Position numbers and translations under genes: made by a program. A DNA stretch of 60,294 nucleotides, filler included, from an uncultured virus (IMG/VR IMGVR_UViG_2049941000_000903) (lineage: Duplodnaviria; Heunggongvirae; Uroviricota; Caudoviricetes). It is 14 parts of one record of this genome, joined end to end, with 100 filler letters (N's around TTAATTAATTAA, not from the genome) between each part and the next. Parts side by side here need not be neighbours in the genome. Positions count along the whole stretch, not along the records: positions 14,988 to 36,482 come from IMGVR_UViG_2049941000_000903; 13 more parts are not named here. The stretch is one strand, 5' to 3'. How positions within the stretch are numbered: position 1 is the first letter of the stretch; each line of letters begins with the position of its first letter. Below are positions 21,823-29,566 of this stretch, piece after piece. The notes below the pieces were generated by a model. That model was not told the origin of the DNA. It saw only the letters and a program-made list of their open reading frames with translations, and did no database searches.

Positions 21823-22143
21823 ATGGAACAGCTCAACAAAGTAGAACTTCGCGGCATTGTAGGTAATGCGCGGGTACAGAACATCGGCGACACTTCTATG
21901 ATTCGTTTCTCGGTCGCCACCGACCACGTCTTCAGGGACAAGAATGGAGGCGTTGTGGTCGAAACGGCTTGGCATCAGGTCGTGGCCTTCAAGAACGATA
22001 GTATGCCCGACCTCTCCGCTATCGTGCGCGGTGCGGGCGTGGAGGTCGTAGGCCGCCTACGGAACAACCGATTCTTGGACTCCAACGGAAACGAGAGAAC
22101 CGTCACGGAGATACTCGCATCCAAACTTTCAATAGTTAGGTAG
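21823..22143 (+). CDS. ssb: Single-stranded DNA-binding protein lacking the acidic tail
   Basis: LNKVELRG, FSVAT, TAWHQVV, VVGRL and TEILA OB-fold motifs. Confidence 0.9.
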   Translation: MEQLNKVELRGIVGNARVQNIGDTSMIRFSVATDHVFRDKNGGVVVETAWHQVVAFKNDSMPDLSAIVRGAGVEVVGRLRNNRFLDSNGNERTVTEILASKLSIVR

Positions 22144-22147
22144 CCCT

Positions 22148-22525
22148 ATGAACCGAGATGACAACTTCTATGTAGGCCAGCGCGTTCAGTGGAACGACCC
22201 CGGCCTTCTTGACTACGAACCGGAAGATAGACAATGGGTGACAGACCGCATCTTCCGCATTGTCAAGTTCCTTGACGATGATTACGACTCCGTACTCATC
22301 GCGGAGATAAACGGCACATCGGAGGCCGAGGTGTATGTGTCCGAACTCGTACCTCTCGAAAGTGATTGGTATTCCCGTGCCGTGCGACTTCTCGAAGAGA
22401 GGTTCCCGAAGATCTCCTACAACGAACTTTCCGATTTCGTGCTCTTCTATTGGAACAATCTTGACGAGGACGATGCCAACATCTCCACGTTCGTTGACTA
22501 CATCAACGGCATAGACGCAAGTTAG
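22148..22525 (+). CDS. Hypothetical protein
   Basis: 125-aa ORF with GQRVQWNDP motif. Confidence 0.6.
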   Translation: MNRDDNFYVGQRVQWNDPGLLDYEPEDRQWVTDRIFRIVKFLDDDYDSVLIAEINGTSEAEVYVSELVPLESDWYSRAVRLLEERFPKISYNELSDFVLFYWNNLDEDDANISTFVDYINGIDAS

Positions 22526-22838
22526 GCCGTTCCCTTTTGCCCGTACCGCGTGGTTTGACTCCGAGGGTCGCGTCCTCGGACGGGCACGATTCAAGTTATA
22601 AATACTTCGTATTTATACTCCGTTCATTGACATATAGCAAACATCCCCAAAAACGCCACAAAAACGGCTCAAATTCGCGCTTATAGACCGCAAAGGTATA
22701 AAGATATAGGCCACGGCCTAAAAGCCGCAAATAGGCCGCTTTTTAAGGTTCGTTTTTAGGGATTGCAAAGATACGCCCACGGCCCACGAAGGTACGGGGC
22801 GCGAATAAAGTATTACAAACCCATTAAAAAGTTACGTT

Positions 22839-23108
22839 ATGGGAAAACTTTTGAAAACCGATGGTACGACCATCGAAGTCCGGCCCGCTAACGGCACGGA
22901 CTACACCCTCGACGAATTACAGGAGTTTGTAGGCGGCTACATCGAAGTGGTGCGCTGCAAAGAAGAGGGTATGATTCTCGTTATCAACGAGGAAGGTAAA
23001 TTTTTAGACTTGGAGTGGAACGCCCAGGCGAGTAAGATTGCCGACATTCACTTCTGCGACTACATAGTCGGAGATGCACTTTTGTGCAAGGACTCCGAAG
23101 TGAGATAG
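22839..23108 (+). CDS. DUF3846-like protein
   Basis: TLDELQEFVGGYIE, NEEGK and IVGD motifs. Confidence 0.75.
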   Translation: MGKLLKTDGTTIEVRPANGTDYTLDELQEFVGGYIEVVRCKEEGMILVINEEGKFLDLEWNAQASKIADIHFCDYIVGDALLCKDSEVR

Positions 23109-23193
23109 CCGGTCTTGAAGTACGAGGTCGGTAGGACAACTCCGCCCACCGGTGAACGCCCCACCGAAGGCCTCGCCCACGGGGATACTCCGC

Positions 23194-23414
23194 CCGAATG
23201 GTTAGGAAGTTGAACGAACGACCGAACGAAGGCGAACGACGGCCACCTCCGAACGAGCGAACGAACGGTTGAACGACCGAACGACTCCGTGGCCGAACGA
23301 TTGGAAAAATGGTCGAACGATTCGGAAAAGCCGAACGAATGACTCCGAACGAGCCGCCGAATCGCTGGCCGAATCGCCGACCGAGCGCGAACGAAAACTT
23401 TTCAAACAAACGAA
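23194..23414 (+). repeat. GAACG repeat array, type A
   Basis: About 14 GAACG in about 200 bp; shares CGAACGACTCCG, GGCCGAACG and GGTCGAACGA with 17310-17435. Confidence 0.85.
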
Positions 23415-23417
23415 GAT

Positions 23418-23963
23418 ATGACAACGATTTCAACTTTCGCCGTCACGAAAACGAATGACGGCAAAATCGCGGTGAAAGATGCCACGATTTCCGTGGAGTT
23501 CCGCGAAGGACTCGGAATCCGCGTGACGGGACTCGAAGGATTCCCCGCGCGTGAGATTCTCTTGCGAACAATCAAATCACTCGCCGCGTCCGGCTGCATC
23601 GTCGGCAATCGGAAGATAAGCGTGGATGTGGACTACGGAAATCCCGCGTTGCTCCCGAACCGCGAGTACATTATGACGGAACTCTTCGACTTTCCGCTTG
23701 CCGTGGCGATAATGAATGAACTCGGCTTTGCGAAGTTCGAGAACTCAATGCGCGTCCGCTATGTTGGGATGCTACGCCCCGACGGACGAATCGAAGTGCT
23801 CGGCGATGCCGTGTACTTTGCTTGCCACGACCGCGTGTTTATGGGTAGCGAACTCGTGTGCGCCAACACAATCTTCGCCGATTGCAAGGTTGACCCCGGC
23901 CACGTTTACTTGGCAACTTTCCGGCGGTTCTTCAACCTCGCCGCCGAACAAAAGTCCGAATGA
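23418..23963 (+). CDS. Stand-alone ComM/YifB N-terminal (ChlI/Lon-like) domain protein
   Basis: VTGL...RE...R, FDFPLAVAI and GMLRPDGRI match the ComM N-domain pattern; no Walker motifs. Confidence 0.65.
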   Translation: MTTISTFAVTKTNDGKIAVKDATISVEFREGLGIRVTGLEGFPAREILLRTIKSLAASGCIVGNRKISVDVDYGNPALLPNREYIMTELFDFPLAVAIMNELGFAKFENSMRVRYVGMLRPDGRIEVLGDAVYFACHDRVFMGSELVCANTIFADCKVDPGHVYLATFRRFFNLAAEQKSE

Positions 23964-24160
23964 GGTGCACGGTATCCCACCGACCTTCGAACGAGGTGCA
24001 CGGGTGTGGAACGAGGTGCACGGGGACGACCCCGACGGGGAGTCAAACGACCAAGGGGGAGGGTATGGAACGAGCAAGGGGGAGGGTCAAACGAGGGTGA
24101 CGGTGGGTATCAAACGACCAAGGGGGAGTGTCCTTCGAACGAGGGGCACGGTATCCCGAT
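23956..24160 (+). repeat. AACGA repeat array, type B (G-rich)
   Basis: GAGGTGCACGG x3, CAAGGGGGAG x3, TCAAACGA x3. Confidence 0.85.
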
Positions 24161-24203
24161 GAAGAAAAACAACATTTATTGTGATAGATTGACAAAAATA
24201 ACT

Positions 24204-24211
24204 TAACTTTG
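24204..24211 (+). promoter_or_regulatory. Bacteroidota -7 promoter element (leaderless start)
   Basis: TAACTTTG ends 4 nt before the ATG. Confidence 0.65.
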
Positions 24212-24215
24212 TGAT

Positions 24216-25037
24216 ATGAATACATTAGAGCAAGCGATGGAGATGTTCGGCAAGCGGAACGGCATCTACACCTGGAAGTATATGACCGCTTTCGGTATCC
24301 GCGATTTTGACGATTGTACGAGTGGCACACTTGCCGAGTTCGTGGCGTACATACGGGCAAGGGTAGCCCCTTCGACCGCCAAGTTGTATGCGGCAACGTT
24401 ACAGGCGGTGCTCAACCGCTACAAAGACCAAGTGCCGTGTTCGGACTTCAACGGCCTACTCAACCTCCGGGCCGAGAGAAGCCAGAAGGTCTATCTCACC
24501 GAGGACGAACTTGCCCGTCTTGAGCAAGTGCATCCCCGCACACGAAAGGAACGGTATGTGCAACTTGCCTTCCTCATTTCGAGCAAGACGGGTATGCGCG
24601 TGAGTGACGCGACGAGGGTCACGCCCGAAAACCTCCACGGCGGCATCCTCATCTATGTTTCGCAAAAGACGAACAAGGAGGCCAAAGTGCCCGTGAGCGA
24701 CAAGGTGGCGGGGTGGATATGGGAGTTAAACGAGATAGGGGTAGGGCCGAACCTCTCCAACTACGAACTCGCAATCAAGCGGATGTGTATGAAGGCGGGG
24801 GTGGATACGCCCGTCAAGATATTCCGTGGCGGTGAGGAAAAGACCGAACCCAAGTGGAAGTTCGTGGGGTCGCATACGGCCCGCGTGACCTTTTGTACCA
24901 TTATGCACCAAAAGGGAGTCCCCGTGATGGACATTTGCATAATGGCCGGACACTCCTCTCCCGTTATGACCGAAAGGTACATCATCCGTGACGCGCCCGT
25001 ACTCAATGATGCCGCATTAAGTTTTCTCAACTCGTGA
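24216..25037 (+). CDS. Short tyrosine recombinase
   Basis: TGMRVSD, KT, SHTAR, GHS and terminal Y catalytic residues. Confidence 0.9.
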   Translation: MNTLEQAMEMFGKRNGIYTWKYMTAFGIRDFDDCTSGTLAEFVAYIRARVAPSTAKLYAATLQAVLNRYKDQVPCSDFNGLLNLRAERSQKVYLTEDELARLEQVHPRTRKERYVQLAFLISSKTGMRVSDATRVTPENLHGGILIYVSQKTNKEAKVPVSDKVAGWIWELNEIGVGPNLSNYELAIKRMCMKAGVDTPVKIFRGGEEKTEPKWKFVGSHTARVTFCTIMHQKGVPVMDICIMAGHSSPVMTERYIIRDAPVLNDAALSFLNS

Positions 25038-25477
25038 AACCGCGTGAACTCATAGCCCTCTTGGAGTTGGAGCATCCCGAACAAGAGGTGGTACTTATGG
25101 CCGTCAAGCGTCAACGCCTGATGCAAATCCTCGGCATCAACGCCGCCAAGAGCGCGGAGTTGGGGGCGATAGTCCTTGATGTGGATTGGTCGGCGGAGAA
25201 CAAGGTCGAGGAAACGAAGATTGACAAACTCGAACGGCAAAGGGCACGGCTCACCAAGGAGATAGAACGGCTCACGGACGAGGCCAAGGAAGAACTCGCA
25301 CGTTCCATCCGTGTACGAAGCAAGAGCGATATGACCGAGGAGAACCGGATGATAGACGAAATTCTCGGCCCGATGAAGAAAGGCCGCAAGAAAAAGAAGT
25401 CAACCGCCAAACGCGGGCGGGGGCGGCCACGCAAGTACAAGAAACCCGAAGAGATGGCGAAAGAAGGCGAGGAATAG
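25034..25477 (+). CDS. Coiled-coil protein with AT-hook
   Basis: KRGRGRPRK; GTGA overlap with the recombinase. Confidence 0.6.
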   Translation: MKPRELIALLELEHPEQEVVLMAVKRQRLMQILGINAAKSAELGAIVLDVDWSAENKVEETKIDKLERQRARLTKEIERLTDEAKEELARSIRVRSKSDMTEENRMIDEILGPMKKGRKKKKSTAKRGRGRPRKYKKPEEMAKEGEE

Positions 25478-25479
25478 TC

Positions 25480-26022
25480 CTACTTCTTTCGCTTTTCCTT
25501 TTCGAGTTCCTTCTTCGCCGCGTTGTATATGTTACACTCGGTACACCGTAACGGCATATACACGCGCATAATGTCTTGGTCTTGTTGGCTACCCTCCTTG
25601 AACCGCATCAAGTCCGAGAGCATCTTGAGGTACTCGCGCTTGTCTTTCTCTTCCGTAAGGGTGTTCGCTTGCGCGTTGAGGAACTGGATGAATTGGTTGA
25701 TGTCCGTGAAGTCGAATCCCTCGGTCAAGTCCATTTGGGATGTGAGGGCAACGCCCGGTTGTACCTCCATCTTGGACAACTCCACCTTGACGCGCTCCGA
25801 TATGCGCATCTCGGCAATAGTCCGCACCGACTCGAAGTACTCGTTCACTTCCGGACGGCGGCGCCAATTTGCCGCCATCGTGCGGAGAGAATCGGGGGTG
25901 AGGTGTGACACATCGTGGCAAATGGAGTAGATTTCCTTTGCGTACTTCACATTGTTATGGAAGGCGTAGGTTATCGCCGCCTTCTCCATAATCGTCAATT
26001 CGTTATACTTATCCGCTTTCAT
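25480..26022 (-). CDS. Probable terminase small subunit
   Basis: HTH-like N-terminus ([10 protein letters not shown]) and C-terminal YMPLRCTEC. Confidence 0.5.
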   Translation of the reverse strand: MKADKYNELTIMEKAAITYAFHNNVKYAKEIYSICHDVSHLTPDSLRTMAANWRRRPEVNEYFESVRTIAEMRISERVKVELSKMEVQPGVALTSQMDLTEGFDFTDINQFIQFLNAQANTLTEEKDKREYLKMLSDLMRFKEGSQQDQDIMRVYMPLRCTECNIYNAAKKELEKEKRKK

Positions 26023-26084
26023 ATCACAAAGTTACGGAGAATTTTGAATGATTCAAATTTAGTTTTCAACAAAGGTGGCGGTGC

Positions 26085-26280
26085 GTCCCCTTTTCCGTCC
26101 CCGTGATATTAAAAACGCCCCTCTACAAGCGTAGAAGGGCGATGCGAGTGGTGCTGGCAGTAAGTGAACGAAGTGCCCACGGAGGCCACCCAGGGCCGTG
26201 AGGGGCATATTCGTTTGGTTTATATGCCAAAAATTTGTTATATTTGTATAGGGTTTTGTCCCCTTTTTTGTCCCCCTTTT
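26085..26280. other. Probable attP site
   Basis: Paired GTCCCC arm repeats (26085/26097 and 26258/26270) flank a tRNA-3'-like core CCCACGGAGGCCACC, next to the integrase. Confidence 0.6.
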
Positions 26281-26290
26281 ATCGCGTAAT

Positions 26291-27454
26291 ATGAACATAA
26301 GAATCTATCCGAAGGGCAAGGGAGGCCGCCAACCTCTCATCGTGTCCATCTCCCATCACGGCAAGAGATACCGCAAGGCATTGGGCATATCCGTGGGCGC
26401 GTGGAACGCCACGAAGGGCACTTGCGGCCACATACCGACCGACAAGGCAATCCGTCTTATCCGCATCGGGTTGGAGTCGGTGCTTGACGAGTTCTCCACC
26501 GAGAGCGACATAGCATCGGCACTTGACCGCATCGTGGACGGCAAATGGTCGGAGGATAAGAAACCCGCCGTGTCACCGAAGTCACCCTCGTTCGACGAGT
26601 TCTTCAAGTCCTGGTCGGAACGCGATGCGGGGGCGAAGCGGCAGAACACCCTCACATACCGCACGGTGACGGGCATAATGGGTAACGGCTACAAGTGGCG
26701 CGACATTGATTCGGCATACTACTCTCGGCTCAAGCAAGGGATGGACAAGAAGGGCTTTCGGCCCAACTACCAAGGCGTACTCATCGGGCGGCTCAAGACT
26801 TGTCTAAACGAGGCGTATGCGCTACATTACATTGACAATGCCGACTTCCGTGAGTGGGCCAAGCCGCACGAGGAGACATTCGCCATCGCACTCACGCAAG
26901 AGGAGGTGAACAAGTTATGGAAGGCCAAACTAACGGGCAACCTTGCAAAGACACGCGACCTTGCAATCATCGGCATCTACACGGCGGCTCGGTTCTCCGA
27001 CTACTCGCGCATAACGATTGACAACATCCACGACGGGCGAATATCGTTCGTGCAGACAAAGACGGGGAGTCCCGTGCTCATACCTTGCTCACCGAAGATT
27101 ACCACCGTGCTCGAACGCAACAACGGATTCGCACCGCAAATAGCAATACAGCACTTCAACGAGCGTCTCAAGCAACTGTGCAAAGCGGTAGGCATTGACG
27201 ATGTGGTGGAAGTGCCGAAAGGACTTATGGCCAAACTCGGCAAGAAGGACGGGGAAAAGGTCTATAAGTGGGAGCTCGTATCGTCACACACTTGCCGACG
27301 GACGGGGGCATCCCTGCTCTACAAATCTGGAGTTCCAATCCGCGTATGCCGTTACCTGACGGGCCACACCAAGGATGACACTTTCCTCAAATACATAAAG
27401 ATAGACCGAGAGGAAGGTGCGGACATACTTGCGAAAAACAAATTTTTCAAGTAG
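26291..27454 (+). CDS. int: Phage integrase (arm-binding, SAM-like and catalytic domains)
   Basis: ARFSD, SSHTCRR, TGHT and KYI motifs; 387 aa. Confidence 0.92.
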   Translation: MNIRIYPKGKGGRQPLIVSISHHGKRYRKALGISVGAWNATKGTCGHIPTDKAIRLIRIGLESVLDEFSTESDIASALDRIVDGKWSEDKKPAVSPKSPSFDEFFKSWSERDAGAKRQNTLTYRTVTGIMGNGYKWRDIDSAYYSRLKQGMDKKGFRPNYQGVLIGRLKTCLNEAYALHYIDNADFREWAKPHEETFAIALTQEEVNKLWKAKLTGNLAKTRDLAIIGIYTAARFSDYSRITIDNIHDGRISFVQTKTGSPVLIPCSPKITTVLERNNGFAPQIAIQHFNERLKQLCKAVGIDDVVEVPKGLMAKLGKKDGEKVYKWELVSSHTCRRTGASLLYKSGVPIRVCRYLTGHTKDDTFLKYIKIDREEGADILAKNKFFK

Positions 27455-27498
27455 ATTTGCAAGCACATAACGTAAAGAAGTATTAAAGTTGATGAATG

Positions 27499-27523
27499 GG
27501 GTCTTGCCGTGACGGTAAGGCCC
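27499..27523. terminator. Terminator hairpin between convergent genes
   Basis: GGGTCTTGCCG-TGA-CGGTAAGGCCC. Confidence 0.7.
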
Positions 27524-27528
27524 TTTCT

Positions 27529-27975
27529 CTATTTTCTTTTCCTATCGTAGTAAGAACCGAAATCCTCTCCTACTTCTTCCGAGCACCCTTGCCAACAAAG
27601 TCGTGTGAGAGGGTCGTTGAGTTTTAATCCGTGCCACTCAATCTTGAATCGGAGTTTCTTCATCTGCACGAGCCGCACAAAAGCATTACGATAGTCAAGG
27701 TTTGCCTTGACCTTTTTGAAAGTTCCACTATATAATCCAACGGCATAGGAACAATCGGAGTACACGAGCACCGAGCACTCGTTGGGCAAAGAGCGCACCG
27801 CCGCACCTATCGCCGTAAGGTGCGCTTGCTGGTCGTTCACCGAGTTCATCGGTTTCGATACGGAGTTGATGATGTGCTTGTCCTTGCCGTCCGTTACAAT
27901 GTAGGCAATAGCACCTTTCTTCAAATCACTGTTGTAGCCTCCCTCGGCATACACGATGTAGTCATAACTTTCCAT
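27529..27975 (-). CDS. RNase HI-fold protein with degenerate active site
   Basis: YIVYAEGG, AHLTAI, VYSDCSY and IEW motifs. Confidence 0.7.
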   Translation of the reverse strand: MESYDYIVYAEGGYNSDLKKGAIAYIVTDGKDKHIINSVSKPMNSVNDQQAHLTAIGAAVRSLPNECSVLVYSDCSYAVGLYSGTFKKVKANLDYRNAFVRLVQMKKLRFKIEWHGLKLNDPLTRLCWQGCSEEVGEDFGSYYDRKRK

Positions 27976-28033
27976 AACTTATTGATTTAGTTTGTTTTGC
28001 CCTTTGGACAGAACACAAAGGGGTACATTGTTG

Positions 28034-28915
28034 TTATCTTATCCAATACTGCTCTTGTTTTCTCCTTTGGGCATTCCACTTATCAGACGAAGCACCACCC
28101 TCTACACTACTCAAGAACTTGCTCATACTTTCCTTGTGATAATCATCATCGAAGTATTTGATATTATCCTCTATGGATTCTGCACCATATTCATCTACCA
28201 TCTCCTTTAACTTGTTAATGTCATCCATTGAGTACGGAATTTTAGGTAATATAGTCTTCCATCTTTGCCATTCCTTTGCACTAAAAGGATACTGATTCTT
28301 GTTATCACCCTCGCGTGAGGAATCATCAACCTCACTAACAACCTTATCAACTTGTTGATGCTGATTATTTAAAAAAATAATTTCTTTTTCTTGGTTGGGA
28401 GTCTGGTTGTTACAGTGGTTGTTATCTATTGTATATATATACTCGGTTGAAATTCCGCCCGTGGACGATTGCAAATCCTCTCGTGGTCGGGATGTTTCTT
28501 CATTCGTGGACGGTTGAGATTTCTCCCGCCCTTTCTTGTCCCAGAGCGAGATTAAATTAGGTTGATAATATGCGATGGTTTCTTTATCTACGGTGTACCA
28601 AGGAGTCCTATCGTAAGCCTTTTTGTTATACACTCCCCTTTCAACAAGTTTTAATTCAACAAGACATCTCAATGCCCTCTTCGCTTGCCATTCGGTCACA
28701 TAATCGTAGTCCGGAACTTTGAGAATATCCGCCACGGAGAAATGAGTCCAGTAGCGACCATCGTGAAGGTTCTTGCCGTCGTGCTCGTTCTTTAAGACCC
28801 AATAACAAATGTATTGGAAGAAGTCAACGGCGATGTAATCACCTTTTGTTTCTCTTATTAACTTTCGACTGAGGGTTACTAACTCGCCCTCGTACTTTTG
28901 ATAGTGTTTTCCCAT
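28034..28915 (-). CDS. Second lambda-O-like replication initiator (HTH)
   Basis: HDGRYWTH and YNKKAYDRTPWY motifs; internal CGTGG(A/T)CG repeats at 28460, 28482 and 28505. Confidence 0.7.
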   Translation of the reverse strand: MGKHYQKYEGELVTLSRKLIRETKGDYIAVDFFQYICYWVLKNEHDGKNLHDGRYWTHFSVADILKVPDYDYVTEWQAKRALRCLVELKLVERGVYNKKAYDRTPWYTVDKETIAYYQPNLISLWDKKGREKSQPSTNEETSRPREDLQSSTGGISTEYIYTIDNNHCNNQTPNQEKEIIFLNNQHQQVDKVVSEVDDSSREGDNKNQYPFSAKEWQRWKTILPKIPYSMDDINKLKEMVDEYGAESIEDNIKYFDDDYHKESMSKFLSSVEGGASSDKWNAQRRKQEQYWIR

Positions 28916-28937
28916 TGTGTGCGGTTTTGGGTTAAAC

Positions 28938-29090
28938 AAAAAACTCCAAAGCATCTCTGCCTTGGAGTTTCAAGCTGGGCGCACCCACCCTTTCGGGTCG
29001 CACACGGGAATTGCCCACTATATGTCAATATACAATTCGGACTTTTGTGTGGTACTTCCTGCCGTGTGCGTAGGCAGAGATAACCTCTGT
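28938..29090 (-). promoter_or_regulatory. Structured leader with terminator/antiterminator
   Basis: Terminator 28941-28970 with U tract; 29072-29081 is complementary to its 5' arm and loop; TATATTTG promoter near 29092-29099. Confidence 0.65.
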
Positions 29091-29161
29091 CACAAATATA
29101 CCGACCAAATCCCTATAAATCACAAAGAAAATTGCAAAAGTTATCAACAATCTTTGTTATG

Positions 29162-29476
29162 TCATTGATTGCCAATCAGTTTATCAATGATTAGTTTGAG
29201 CCGTTTATTTTCCTCACGCAAGTTCGCCACCTCAAGTTCAAGTCCCTCCTTGTCCATAAACGCGCCGGGGTTGTCGGACTCCCCAAGCAGGAACGCGAGA
29301 TTGATTGACGGGTATGCCTTGACGAACTTCGATGCGTATTTCTCCGTCAAGATATACTCGCCTTTTATGAGTTTGCTAACCGATGCCGGAGGTACGCCGC
29401 ACGTCCTCGCAAACAACGCCTGGTTGTCGTATGCCACCTTCTTGATGACGAACTTCAGTCTTTCACCTTGTGTCAT
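29162..29476 (-). CDS. XRE/Cro-type HTH protein
   Basis: QALFARTCGVPPASVS helix-turn-helix; FLLGE; C-terminal coiled coil. Confidence 0.75.
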   Translation of the reverse strand: MTQGERLKFVIKKVAYDNQALFARTCGVPPASVSKLIKGEYILTEKYASKFVKAYPSINLAFLLGESDNPGAFMDKEGLELEVANLREENKRLKLIIDKLIGNQ

Positions 29477-29566
29477 ATCCTTGTCTATTTTGCGCCCCAA
29501 AGGGGCATTGTGATACATTTATCATCCCGTGGGGTATATGCCCCGCAAATCGCCCGGAAATGCCCT

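Noticed and set aside
23194..24160. GAACG arrays as CRISPR
   Set aside because: No constant 25-45-bp repeat with unique spacers, and no cas genes
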